From Patescibacteria group bacterium (GTDB lineage Bacteria > Patescibacteriota > Microgenomatia > UBA1406): 64,000 bases of DNA. The position numbers and the translations under genes are program-made. Location of the stretch: NCBI GenBank assembly GCA_041665145.1, contig JBAYJK010000004.1, positions 66,434 through 130,433 on the forward strand. The letters are read 5' to 3'. Below the pieces are notes generated by a model, which saw nothing but the letters and a program-made list of their open reading frames with translations, searched no databases and had not been told where the DNA came from. Positions within the stretch are counted from its first letter, which is position 1; every line of letters starts with the position of its first letter. This document shows positions 45,040 to 54,529 of the stretch, piece by piece.

Positions 45040-46272
45040 ATGCTTCAATCCTATTCCTGGCCCACAGCAATTTTGCATCTTGATGGTAACGCCTTTTTTG
45101 CCTCTGTCATGCAGGCTGTCCGTCCAGAATTACAGGGAAAGCCTGTTGTCGTCGGAGCCGAGCGGGGTATTGCTACTGCCATTTCCTACGAAGCCAAAAA
45201 ATATGGTGTCACTCGTGGCATGCGCATGTTTGAAATCAAAAAGATATGTCCGCAGTGCGTGTGTCTTGAGGGAGATTACGAGCTCTTCTCGCTGTTCTCA
45301 AAAAGAATGTTTTCGTTTATGCGTCAATATTCTCCGGTTGTAGAAGAATATTCTGTTGATGAGGGATTTGCAGACATCTATGGACTCAGACGCCCATTGC
45401 ATAAAACTTATAAAGATATCGGCGCCTCACTACAGCAAGAAATTCAGAAAGAGCTTGGTATTCCTGTTTCGGTCGGAATTTCTCTCACCAAGAGCCTCGC
45501 GAAACTGGCAAGCGAATATAAAAAACCTTCGGGTCTCACGTTGGTTGAGGGCAGAGAGATAGAAAATTTCCTTAAGCACATCCGCATTGACGAGGTATGG
45601 GGCATTGGTCCAGCGACAAGTTCGTATTTACAAAAACTAGGTATTAAGACCGCTCTCGACTTTGTCGATAAACCTGAAACATTTGTCCATGAGCATCTGT
45701 CAAAACCATACTATGATATTTGGAGAGAGCTTCGGGGAATTCCTGTGTACGTTATAAATCCAGAGGCAAAAAATACATATAAAAGCATGAGCTCCACTGG
45801 AACCTTTCACCCCGCGACAAATGACATAGACTTTTTGTGGTCAGAACTACGGAAACATGTAGAAACGGCGTTTTCTCGGGCACGTAAGTACGGATATTAT
45901 GTAAAGCGCATGGGTATATTTCTAAAAACCCAACAATTCAGATACAAAACCGCAGAACTTATTTTTACCGGCAAACAACAATATCCACTATCCGTTATTA
46001 GTGACATACACAGATCTTTTCTTTCTATATACGATGCGCAAGATGTGTATCGCACTACTGGTTGTACTATCGCCGAATTTTCAGAGAACAGTATTGAGCA
46101 GGTTTCTTTGTTTGGAGAAGAAACAGAAATTAGGAAAGACAAAATTCAAAAAGTATATGCCGCGCTTGAAAAAGAAAAACAACACGTGGACTTTGGGACA
46201 AAGCTTTGGAGCAGAAATGCTGTAAGGAGCAAATCGTCAGCCCGTTTATCTATCCCCCTCTTGGAACTTTAA
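45040..46272 (+). CDS. Y-family DNA polymerase (DinB/UmuC-like translesion polymerase)
   Basis: 'ILHLDGNAFFASV', 'YSVDEGFADI', 'SVGISLTKSLAKLAS', 'VWGIGPAT'. Confidence 0.85.
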   Translation: MLQSYSWPTAILHLDGNAFFASVMQAVRPELQGKPVVVGAERGIATAISYEAKKYGVTRGMRMFEIKKICPQCVCLEGDYELFSLFSKRMFSFMRQYSPVVEEYSVDEGFADIYGLRRPLHKTYKDIGASLQQEIQKELGIPVSVGISLTKSLAKLASEYKKPSGLTLVEGREIENFLKHIRIDEVWGIGPATSSYLQKLGIKTALDFVDKPETFVHEHLSKPYYDIWRELRGIPVYVINPEAKNTYKSMSSTGTFHPATNDIDFLWSELRKHVETAFSRARKYGYYVKRMGIFLKTQQFRYKTAELIFTGKQQYPLSVISDIHRSFLSIYDAQDVYRTTGCTIAEFSENSIEQVSLFGEETEIRKDKIQKVYAALEKEKQHVDFGTKLWSRNAVRSKSSARLSIPLLEL

Positions 46273-46304
46273 ACTTTATACTTTATACTTTAGACTTCGG
46301 ACTT
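46263..46304. repeat. heptamer array, NNNACTT x6, immediately upstream of the proS -10 box
   Basis: GGAACTT TAAACTT TATACTT TATACTT TAGACTT CGGACTT, followed by TATTGTATAAT. Confidence 0.8.
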
Positions 46305-46321
46305 TATTGTATAATCCTTCC

Positions 46322-47581
46322 ATGCGATATTCACAAAGCTTTGTCAAAACAAATAAAAACGCCAAAGATTTAGATTCGATAAATGCAACTCTCCTTATTA
46401 AGGCTGGTTTTGTTGACCAATTAATGGCAGGGGTTTATTCCTACCTTCCTCTTGGCACACGTGTATTGCAAAAGGTGGAACAGATCGTGCGGGAAGAAAT
46501 GGATAAGATTGCCGTAGAGGTTCTGATGCCGTCACTTGCACCTATTGCCCAATGGCAACAGTCAGGAAGATTTGAGACTGTGGATGTTCTTATGAAAACC
46601 GTTCCGGCAAATAAAGCTGCTGAGCAGAAACATAACGCAAGTTACGTCCTGAACCCTACGCATGAAGACATCATCACACCGATCGCAAAAAAATTCAATG
46701 TGAGTTATCGTGATCTGCCGACAGCAGCATATCAGATCCAGACAAAATTTCGTAATGAGCCGCGTGCTAAGTCGGGAATCTTGCGCGGAAGAGAATTTCG
46801 CATGAAAGATCTCTATAGCTTTCACACCACCGAAGCTGATTTAATGCGGTATTACAAAATCGTTGCCGAAGCATACTGGAAAGTGTACGAGCGATTGGGT
46901 CTTAAAGAACAAACCGTATATACATACGCGTCGGGGGGCGACTTCACTAAAGAGTATTCCCATGAATTTCAGACGTTTCTTGAATCCGGGGAAGACACGA
47001 TTTATCTTGATAGAAAAAATAACATTGCGTACAACAAGGAAATTGTAACAGATGAGGACAGCAAAAAGCTCGGCGTTGATTTCTCGAAAATGGAAGCCGT
47101 AAGAGCGTCGGAAGTTGGTAATATATTTCCTCTGGGAACCCGGTTCAGCGATGCGTTCGATTACCGTTTTACCGATAAGGATGGAACACAAAAGCCGGTA
47201 TATATGGGATGCTACGGAATCGGTACGAGCCGTATCATCGGCGTCATCGCGGAGAAGTTTCATGACGACAAAGGTTTGGTCTGGCCAAAAAATGTCGCTC
47301 CATTTACCGTACATCTTGTCGGACTGGATTTAGTAACAGACAACAGGCAACAAACGACAGGAAGTATCTATGACCAACTTACCAAAGCGGGAATAGAGGT
47401 CTTTTACGACGATCGGATAGACGTCTCAGCAGGTGGTAAATTCACCGATGCGGATCTGATCGGTATCCCATATCGTGCCGTGGTTTCGAAACGTACCGAA
47501 GGTAAAATAGAATTCAAAAAACGCGATAGTAAAGAAAGTTCGCTTGTGTCATTAGATGAATTTCTAAAATTAATTTCGTGA
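46322..47581 (+). CDS. proS: prolyl-tRNA synthetase, short bacterial-type form
   Basis: Class II motifs ('FRNEPRAKSGILRGREFRMKDLYSF', 'GCYGIGTSRIIG'). C-terminal anticodon-binding domain. Start reassigned from TTG 46307 to ATG 46322 (TATAAT 46310-46315 + 6 nt). Confidence 0.9.
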   Translation: MRYSQSFVKTNKNAKDLDSINATLLIKAGFVDQLMAGVYSYLPLGTRVLQKVEQIVREEMDKIAVEVLMPSLAPIAQWQQSGRFETVDVLMKTVPANKAAEQKHNASYVLNPTHEDIITPIAKKFNVSYRDLPTAAYQIQTKFRNEPRAKSGILRGREFRMKDLYSFHTTEADLMRYYKIVAEAYWKVYERLGLKEQTVYTYASGGDFTKEYSHEFQTFLESGEDTIYLDRKNNIAYNKEIVTDEDSKKLGVDFSKMEAVRASEVGNIFPLGTRFSDAFDYRFTDKDGTQKPVYMGCYGIGTSRIIGVIAEKFHDDKGLVWPKNVAPFTVHLVGLDLVTDNRQQTTGSIYDQLTKAGIEVFYDDRIDVSAGGKFTDADLIGIPYRAVVSKRTEGKIEFKKRDSKESSLVSLDEFLKLIS

Positions 47582-49263
47582 AACGATTATTAATTTCTCT
47601 TGTCTTTCTTTTCTTCATATTTCTTTCAGGATCTTTAAAATCGGTTAACGCCGAAGAAATAACTTCCTACCAAAACAAAGTTGCAGTTAATAAAGACGGA
47701 ACTATTCAGGTAACCGAAACAATAAGTTACGATTTCGGTATGGAATCAAGACATGGTATTTTCAGGTATATCCCGTTCGTAAAAAAGAACGATGCAGGAA
47801 CGAAATACAGAATGGATATTCGCTTAGAGTCTGTTCGCAATGCTAGTGGCGCATCTTATCCATACAAACTAACATCTGTTGGAGAAGAATTCCGTGTTCA
47901 GATCGGAGATAAAGATAAGCTGATAACCGGTATGCAAACCTACGTAATTACGTACCGTGTAAAAGGTGCATTAACATACTTTCCGGACTACGATGAATTG
48001 TATTGGAATTCGACCGGTAACGGATGGGAAATTCCCATACGGGCAGCAAACACAACTATAGAGTTGCCGACAGACATACCCGCAAATACCCTAGAAGCTA
48101 TCTGTTATACGGGCCCGTACAACAATACCGCGCAGAATTGTACCGCTACAGTAACCGGTAATACCGTCGACGTTTCAACCACACAAGAGCTTGTCGCGCA
48201 TGACGGACTCACATTCGCCGTGAAGTTTCCCAAAGGGTTTGTCGCCGTACTCGAACCAGTCAAATATGTCCCGTTTTCAGAAACTCCTCTCGGTCAAGCA
48301 CTTATCTTTCTACTTTTTACTTTAGCTTTTCTACTTTCTTTATGGTGGTATGTCATATACCCGATATGGATTCCGATTAAGTGGCTGAGATACGGCAGGG
48401 ACCCGACAATCAGCGGGCCGGCGACCGCATGGTATTCCCCCCCAAAAAACAAATCCGGAAGAGAACTCACCCCGAGTGAAACCGGAACCATTATTGACGA
48501 ACGGGTGGATATGAATGACATTTGTGCCAGCATTGTTGATCTCGCGCGACGCGGATATCTTAAAATTGTCGAGAAGAAAAAGGGGGATTTCACATTTGTC
48601 CGCCTCAAGGATTCGGACAGTGACAAGACTCTTCAGAAATTTGAACAGGAACTTTTGGGTGGAATTTTTGGTGGAAAGCCTGAGGTGCGTATAAAAGATA
48701 AACGATTATACGAAACCGTTGAGGCAACAAAAAAACTTATTTACACGTCGCTTACCAGTGAGGGATTTTTTCCCATAAATCCCGACCATCAGCGAAAATA
48801 CTACCTGGCAATACTGTCATTTGCTGTACTTACCATGAATATCCCGCTGGTTATTGTCTGCTTAATGTTCGGTCTGTCCATGCCGAGAAAAACAATTTTT
48901 GGTAAACAACAGTCGCACATAGCCGAGTCTTTGCGCAGATTTCTGGTCTCCCAAGAACGGCAATTGGAATTTCAGGCAAAAGAGCAGTATTGGTTTGAAA
49001 AACTTCTTCCCTATGCCGTCGCGTTCGGCGTCGAAAAAGTATGGGCCAAACGCTTCGAGAAAATCGATATTACTCCTCCCGATTGGTATCAGGGTCATGG
49101 CCAGAATCATTTCAACACATTGCTTTTCGTTACCGCTATGAACAACTCGTTTTCAAGTGTCCGGACTAGTTCTTTACCGCCATCATCAACAGGAACATCT
49201 TCCGGTTTCAGTGGTGGTTTCTCGGGGGGCGGTGGCGGGGGAGGCGGCGGAGGAAGTTGGTAA
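47578..49263 (+). CDS. DUF2207-family membrane protein
   Basis: Signal peptide. 'YDELYWNSTGNGWEIPI'. TM segments. C-terminal poly-Gly tail 'GGFSGGGGGGGGGGSW'. Confidence 0.8.
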   Translation: MKRLLISLVFLFFIFLSGSLKSVNAEEITSYQNKVAVNKDGTIQVTETISYDFGMESRHGIFRYIPFVKKNDAGTKYRMDIRLESVRNASGASYPYKLTSVGEEFRVQIGDKDKLITGMQTYVITYRVKGALTYFPDYDELYWNSTGNGWEIPIRAANTTIELPTDIPANTLEAICYTGPYNNTAQNCTATVTGNTVDVSTTQELVAHDGLTFAVKFPKGFVAVLEPVKYVPFSETPLGQALIFLLFTLAFLLSLWWYVIYPIWIPIKWLRYGRDPTISGPATAWYSPPKNKSGRELTPSETGTIIDERVDMNDICASIVDLARRGYLKIVEKKKGDFTFVRLKDSDSDKTLQKFEQELLGGIFGGKPEVRIKDKRLYETVEATKKLIYTSLTSEGFFPINPDHQRKYYLAILSFAVLTMNIPLVIVCLMFGLSMPRKTIFGKQQSHIAESLRRFLVSQERQLEFQAKEQYWFEKLLPYAVAFGVEKVWAKRFEKIDITPPDWYQGHGQNHFNTLLFVTAMNNSFSSVRTSSLPPSSTGTSSGFSGGFSGGGGGGGGGGSW

Positions 49264-49269
49264 TTGATT

Positions 49270-49869
49270 ATGGATAGTCACACTGAAAAACTTAAAAAGA
49301 TCAAAGAGGAAGTAATAAATCTTACAGCATCTCCTTTATATTCGTATCGTACAGAGAACCATTATCACCCGGTAATCGGTGAGGGCGACCACTATGCAAA
49401 AATTATATTTGTCGGAGAAGCTCCCGGAAAAAACGAAGCCGAGCAGGGAAGACCATTTTGTGGAGCATCCGGCCGCATACTTGACGAGCTTCTCGCAGCA
49501 GCCGCAATTGACCGAAAAACTGTGTATATTACTAACATAGTAAAGGATAGGCCGCCCGATAACCGGGATCCGCTTCCGGCAGAGATTGACTTGTACTCTC
49601 CGTTTCTCGATCGACAAATCAATATCATACAACCGAAAGTTGTTGCAACTCTCGGACGATATTCCATGGCATATATTATGCAGCGGTATGGACTTTCCGG
49701 TGAATTAAAGTCGATCAGTCAAATTCACGGGAAGGTATTTAAAACTACGGCGGATTATGGAGAGTTTACGTATATTCCTTTTTATCATCCGGCAGTTGCC
49801 GCGTATCAATTCTCCATGAGAGAAACCCTGAAAAAAGATTTCCAAATCCTGCGGGAGTATGCAAAGTAA
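49270..49869 (+). CDS. uracil-DNA glycosylase, family 4
   Basis: 'FVGEAPGKNEAEQGRPFCGASG' and 'YHPA'. The ORF-track TTG 49264 is replaced by ATG 49270. Confidence 0.85.
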   Translation: MDSHTEKLKKIKEEVINLTASPLYSYRTENHYHPVIGEGDHYAKIIFVGEAPGKNEAEQGRPFCGASGRILDELLAAAAIDRKTVYITNIVKDRPPDNRDPLPAEIDLYSPFLDRQINIIQPKVVATLGRYSMAYIMQRYGLSGELKSISQIHGKVFKTTADYGEFTYIPFYHPAVAAYQFSMRETLKKDFQILREYAK

Positions 49870-49886
49870 TCAAACCGTTAGTCCGA

Positions 49887-50468
49887 TTACTCTATAACAA
49901 TTTCCAAACTTCGAAGCAAAGAGGCCGCTTCCGGCAGGGAAAAGTGTGCTTTTTTGATATTATTTGCGCGCGCATCAATACTGTAGTTAAACGCCCCAAC
50001 AAAGCTAGACTTTGATACATTGGTTTTAAAGAAAACCGTTCCGGCAAAATCAGTCCGACTGAAATCACTCTCATGCAGATCACACTCCGTAAAATCTGCC
50101 TCATGAACCACGCAGTCTGTCATTGTCGTTTTGGGAATCTTTGTAAACCGAAAATTGCAATAATCCAGTTGGCTGGTGATGAATTGAGGAAAATTGAACG
50201 TTTTTAAAAGGGTCCAATCAATACCGATGACTTTTGAGTCAATAAATTTCGGGTCGATAATTGACGAATTGGTAAGTTTAATGGCGCTTAATGTGCATTC
50301 AATAAACTTGCAGTCTATAAACCTACATTTAGTGAATGAACTGTTAACAAACGAGCACTTCCGAAACGTACACTGTTCAAAGTCCTTTTCTGATAATACG
50401 TTATGTTCTCCATTAAGACTCTCAAATAGCTGATTCGTTAACGATGATGAACTGCCAAATATATCCAT
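49887..50468 (-). CDS. pentapeptide-repeat protein (Qnr/MfpA-like size and C-terminus)
   Basis: Continuous A(D/N)LxF-type repeats ('CTFRKCSFVNSSFTKCRFIDCKFIECTL...'). The C-terminus '..HFSLPEAASLLRSLEIVIE' resembles Qnr tails. Start at ATG 50468, 1 nt after the GrpB stop. Confidence 0.75.
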   Translation of the reverse strand: MDIFGSSSSLTNQLFESLNGEHNVLSEKDFEQCTFRKCSFVNSSFTKCRFIDCKFIECTLSAIKLTNSSIIDPKFIDSKVIGIDWTLLKTFNFPQFITSQLDYCNFRFTKIPKTTMTDCVVHEADFTECDLHESDFSRTDFAGTVFFKTNVSKSSFVGAFNYSIDARANNIKKAHFSLPEAASLLRSLEIVIE

Positions 50469-50469
50469 A

Positions 50470-51033
50470 TTATTTTTTGCGTGCCAATTCGGTAATTTCA
50501 CGAACAAATTCAGTTTTTGCTTTGGTATATGCTACACGATCATTGCGAAACCTTGCTGCTAAACCTAGTTTTAAGTCCCCATAATAATTAACTTGTTCTG
50601 CATGCGTTCGTAAATAGTCTCTAAACAATAAGCGATCCCACATTTTTGAGTCTTTCGTAATCATATGAATATGATGAGTGCGTTGACCGTTTTTATCTCG
50701 TTTAATAAACCATGCATACATTGGCGGCTTGTCAAATTCAGGGCGCCAAAAATAATCGTAGCCAAGTTCTGTGAGAACAGGCACTATTTTAGCTTTAACA
50801 TCTTTATATGAAGTCACTTCTACCAACATGTCTATAATCGGCTTTGCGGCAAGGTTAACAACGGCAGTGCTTCCAAAATGTTCAATACGCTTGATAACTA
50901 GAGGAAACTTGCCGCTGAGAAAACGTGCCTCATTTTCAAACAGCTGTGGCCATTTTGAATTGTAAGGAACAATAGCAATCTCTTCTTTGACTGCTTTATC
51001 TATGCGTTCCTGAAGTGATTGGCTTGCGAACAT
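50470..51033 (-). CDS. GrpB-family protein
   Basis: 'IEHFGSTAV..LAAKPIIDMLV' and 'THHIHM'. Confidence 0.75.
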   Translation of the reverse strand: MFASQSLQERIDKAVKEEIAIVPYNSKWPQLFENEARFLSGKFPLVIKRIEHFGSTAVVNLAAKPIIDMLVEVTSYKDVKAKIVPVLTELGYDYFWRPEFDKPPMYAWFIKRDKNGQRTHHIHMITKDSKMWDRLLFRDYLRTHAEQVNYYGDLKLGLAARFRNDRVAYTKAKTEFVREITELARKK

Positions 51034-51042
51034 ATTTGGTTG

Positions 51043-51645
51043 TTATATAAATTCTTTTTCGAGAATCACCCGTGCTTTTTGCAGCGCTTTTCCCCGATGG
51101 CTTACCGAGTTCTTTTCTTCCAATGTCATTTGTGCATTAGTCTTCTTTAAAGTAGTGTTATAAAAAACAGGGTCATATCCGAAACCATGTTCCCCGGATG
51201 GGCCAAACGCTATTTTTCCTTCGTAAATTCCTTCACAGGTACGCACTTTATCAGTTTGGGGATCGTACAAAGCAATTACCGTAATAAATTTTGCTGTTCG
51301 TTTCTCTTCGGGGACGTTCTTCAGCTCTTCAAGCAATTTATTGTATCGGTCAGCATCCGTTCCTGGGGCATATCGCGCACTCCACACTCCCGGTCTTCCT
51401 CCAAGAGCATCCACGCAAAGTCCGGCGTCATCAGCAAGGGTAAGTATGCCTGTTTTCCTACCAAGCGTCATAGCTTTGATAAGTGCGTTTCCTTCAAACG
51501 TAGAGCCGGATTCTTCAACTTCATAAGCTTGAGGCAGCTCCGGAATATCGTTTAAATTGAGAAATTCAAACGGAATACCGGCTAGTCCTGCCACAATTTC
51601 AGGAAATTTACCTTTCGATCGAGTTGCGATAAGCAGTTTTTTCAT
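51043..51645 (-). CDS. rdgB: dITP/XTP pyrophosphatase (RdgB/HAM1)
   Basis: 'TRSKGKFPEI', 'EESGSTFEGNALIKA', 'ADDAGLCVDALGGRPGVWSARY', 'GFGYDPVF'. Confidence 0.9.
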   Translation of the reverse strand: MKKLLIATRSKGKFPEIVAGLAGIPFEFLNLNDIPELPQAYEVEESGSTFEGNALIKAMTLGRKTGILTLADDAGLCVDALGGRPGVWSARYAPGTDADRYNKLLEELKNVPEEKRTAKFITVIALYDPQTDKVRTCEGIYEGKIAFGPSGEHGFGYDPVFYNTTLKKTNAQMTLEEKNSVSHRGKALQKARVILEKEFI

Positions 51646-54022
51646 GCTTTGATATTATAACCCAAGTAACCAGTATCAGTAAAGATAATGCGGATATAGC
51701 AACACCTGCAAAAAAAGTGTACGGCCGATACTGAAATACAATAATATGTTTTCCTTTCGGTATACTGACTGCACGGAATGTATAGTTGGCTCGTATAATC
51801 TTTGCTGATTTACCATCAACAGCGACCTCCCACCCGGGATAATGAGTATCCGATAAAAACAAGACTCCCGGGCGTGCTGCCTCCGCAGCAATGACAACCT
51901 CCCCGGCAGCATATTTCACAATCCTAGCCGGTGTTGGAACTTGATCAGAGGAGGGTAGACTAGGATTCTCTTCTAGAAGGAGCTTTGTTTTATAGTGAAA
52001 ACGGGGATTAAATAATCGTGAAATAAGCGCGCTTTTTTCTGTTTGAACCTCATAATCATAGAATACGGCAGCTCTTGGCAAGGAATCTCTGTTCTCGTAT
52101 ATTTTCCATTTGTACTCCTGGTAAATAAGTTTGAATCGGGAAGGAGGATACTGCAGTGGATACGGGCTCCACACAACGGGTGCATCATCATCTTTAGCCA
52201 GAATATACTTTACGCCAAGGATATTCAATAATACCTGTTTTGGGTACGTGTCTTTTGTGGGGACAGATTCTGGCAATAGTGCGTCTGATCGTGGAACATA
52301 TCCATCCAGCCTACCGGACTTTCCTGCCTGCATAAGTTCCCCATACCGCCGCACATACAAAGGGTCATATCCTTCAGGAGTCATGACTCTCCATTGGACA
52401 CCGATATTAGTCATAATACTTGCTCCACCATGCCCATACGTCCGTTCGTTACTTTGTTTCGTCATCCTGGATAACTGATTAATCAACGGATGGTCGGGAA
52501 ATGCGTATTTCACTGACGCATAAGGCAAATACTTGTTCAATGTGTATGCATATTCCATACCCATGAGAGAAAATATAACTACCCAGAGTACCACTGTGAA
52601 CTGGGGCAATTTCCTAACAATGAAAATGCCAGCGATCACACTAAATATAGTTACCGACGGAAGCAGGAGGTTACGTTTCATAGTCGTTACGTGGGTTGGA
52701 TCTATATTGAATACAAACAATGAACCCCATAACAAAACATATGCAAAAATAAGAATAACTGCTGGAAGTACGATAGCTATTAATTTTTTTCGCTGGCGAA
52801 GCGCCTCCACGCCATAGGCTGAAGCTATTACCAAACACACAGAAACAACAAACAGCGCTCGCGAAGGAATACTGGTGCTCAGAACCGGAATCCCCGAATA
52901 AAAAAGAAGTTCTGAGAAAAAAGTCGGCAAAGCAACCAACATCGAGACTATTAAACTCACGAGCAACAATCTCATATTTCTGCGTTTAATATACGTAAAG
53001 AACCCGATAGCTGCGCACAGCAAAACAACAATTCCCGTATAGCCATTCAATTCGCCATAATCTTTACCGATGAAATTTCCCGTTGCGGGATTTCCCAGAA
53101 TATCCGGAGCAAGAAACATGGTAAGGTGTGACCACGGAATTTGGAAGTTATGATATGCTGCATAAGAATTGATCGCCCCGCGGGCAGCGTGTATCATGAG
53201 TTCAAGGCTCGGAAGGAGTTGCAATGCACTTAAGGTCACACCAAGCACAAAAGCAACAATACCGGAGAAAAAGCTTTGCCAATTTAATTTTTTATAGCCT
53301 GTACAAATAAAATACGCAAAGGTAAAAATTAGCACATACAGTGCTGTTTGAGCGTGCCCTGCAAGAATGGAACAGGCAAGAGCACAAGAGACAACAGCGA
53401 GAAAGATGGTTTTTCTCGCATCAACAAACTTGGTAATTCCCCAAAGAATCAACGGTAGCCACAGGGCAGAATGTCCAACAACGCCCATTTCAAACCACAC
53501 CCATGAAACTCCATACGCAAATCCGATGGCAGCAACTAACGCAGCCACACGCGACAGGTGCAAACTCCGAATATATGCATACATAAACATACCTGCAAGA
53601 AGCGGCTGAATTAAAATATAAAGCACCCAACCCGGCAACGAAGGAAGAATAAAAAACAAAATATTAAACGGGTACCACACCGCAGACTGCAAATTTGCCA
53701 TCAGTGGGGTGCCTGAAAATGAATAAATATTCCATAACGGCAACTCACCGTGTTTGATAAGATCCATGGCGAGCGTTCTCCACGGAAACATCTGACGTAT
53801 AACGTCGGCAAGTATGAATTCTTTGTGACTCACCCAACCGGTAAAACCTTCCCATCCTCCGCTCGGGTACGGAAACGAACCGGAAACCAACAAATCACCG
53901 GGGAAAGGAATAAGAGGGGAGAACGGCCGGAAAAAAGTCTTGTAAAAAACCAGGATATATATTCCGCTGAATACAAGAATCGGCCAGGAGTTACGCAGAA
54001 ATTTGAATATTTGCTTCACCAC
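51608..54022 (-). CDS. YfhO-family polytopic membrane glycosyltransferase-like protein
   Basis: Many TM helices. C-terminal 'YPGWEVAVDGKSAKIIRANYTFRAV' is typical of YfhO. GTG start with TATACT 7 nt upstream. Confidence 0.75.
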   Translation of the reverse strand: MVKQIFKFLRNSWPILVFSGIYILVFYKTFFRPFSPLIPFPGDLLVSGSFPYPSGGWEGFTGWVSHKEFILADVIRQMFPWRTLAMDLIKHGELPLWNIYSFSGTPLMANLQSAVWYPFNILFFILPSLPGWVLYILIQPLLAGMFMYAYIRSLHLSRVAALVAAIGFAYGVSWVWFEMGVVGHSALWLPLILWGITKFVDARKTIFLAVVSCALACSILAGHAQTALYVLIFTFAYFICTGYKKLNWQSFFSGIVAFVLGVTLSALQLLPSLELMIHAARGAINSYAAYHNFQIPWSHLTMFLAPDILGNPATGNFIGKDYGELNGYTGIVVLLCAAIGFFTYIKRRNMRLLLVSLIVSMLVALPTFFSELLFYSGIPVLSTSIPSRALFVVSVCLVIASAYGVEALRQRKKLIAIVLPAVILIFAYVLLWGSLFVFNIDPTHVTTMKRNLLLPSVTIFSVIAGIFIVRKLPQFTVVLWVVIFSLMGMEYAYTLNKYLPYASVKYAFPDHPLINQLSRMTKQSNERTYGHGGASIMTNIGVQWRVMTPEGYDPLYVRRYGELMQAGKSGRLDGYVPRSDALLPESVPTKDTYPKQVLLNILGVKYILAKDDDAPVVWSPYPLQYPPSRFKLIYQEYKWKIYENRDSLPRAAVFYDYEVQTEKSALISRLFNPRFHYKTKLLLEENPSLPSSDQVPTPARIVKYAAGEVVIAAEAARPGVLFLSDTHYPGWEVAVDGKSAKIIRANYTFRAVSIPKGKHIIVFQYRPYTFFAGVAISALSLLILVTWVIISKHEKTAYRNSIER

Positions 54023-54059
54023 AGAAACCAGTATAGAAACCGGTCATGGAAATAGCAAA

Positions 54060-54527
54060 TCAGACAAACCCAGCTAGCCAGTTGCTGATTGTGGAATGCG
54101 CTTTTTCAATCGGAAAATCATTCGGAACATGTAGAAATGCAAGTTTTGTAAAGAGACTACTTTTATGTATGGCGTCTAAGAGTAGGTAGGCAGAGCGGTT
54201 ACAGGGGCCGATATTGGCATTTTCTGATTCAACTACAAGATCTTGTTCAGACAGATCCCAATTTGCTAATAAAACTGGTTCACCATCGGGAAGAATAGGT
54301 TTTCTGCCCCTCAGATTCCTGAATTTTTTTTCTACTCTCATTGTTTTTATCCCTTTCCGCATACTCCCTATACCCAAAATGTAATCATACTTTTCGGCAA
54401 CAATGTGTTTAACCAGGCTATTTATGTTCCCTAGATAATATTTTTTAACCGGTTCGGTCAGTGAGTCAAGAAGTTGAAATGATATATGGCGCTGATTATA
54501 AAAACTATAAACGAGGATTTTACTCAT
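54060..54527 (-). CDS. hypothetical protein, possibly peptidase C15 (pyroglutamyl peptidase)-like
   Basis: 'NIGPCNRSAY' and 'AFLHVP' resemble the Cys and His motifs of C15 peptidases. Weak call. Confidence 0.35.
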   Translation of the reverse strand: MSKILVYSFYNQRHISFQLLDSLTEPVKKYYLGNINSLVKHIVAEKYDYILGIGSMRKGIKTMRVEKKFRNLRGRKPILPDGEPVLLANWDLSEQDLVVESENANIGPCNRSAYLLLDAIHKSSLFTKLAFLHVPNDFPIEKAHSTISNWLAGFV

Positions 54528-54529
54528 AT

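Noticed and set aside
24964-46304. Heptamer arrays as possible CRISPR arrays or other spacer-containing repeats
   Set aside because: The units are only 7 nt and contiguous with no spacers. No cas genes are present. They are better described as microsatellite-like arrays.
46273-46321. T-box or other riboswitch leader upstream of proS
   Set aside because: The -10 box ends 6 nt before the ATG, so there is no room for a structured leader.
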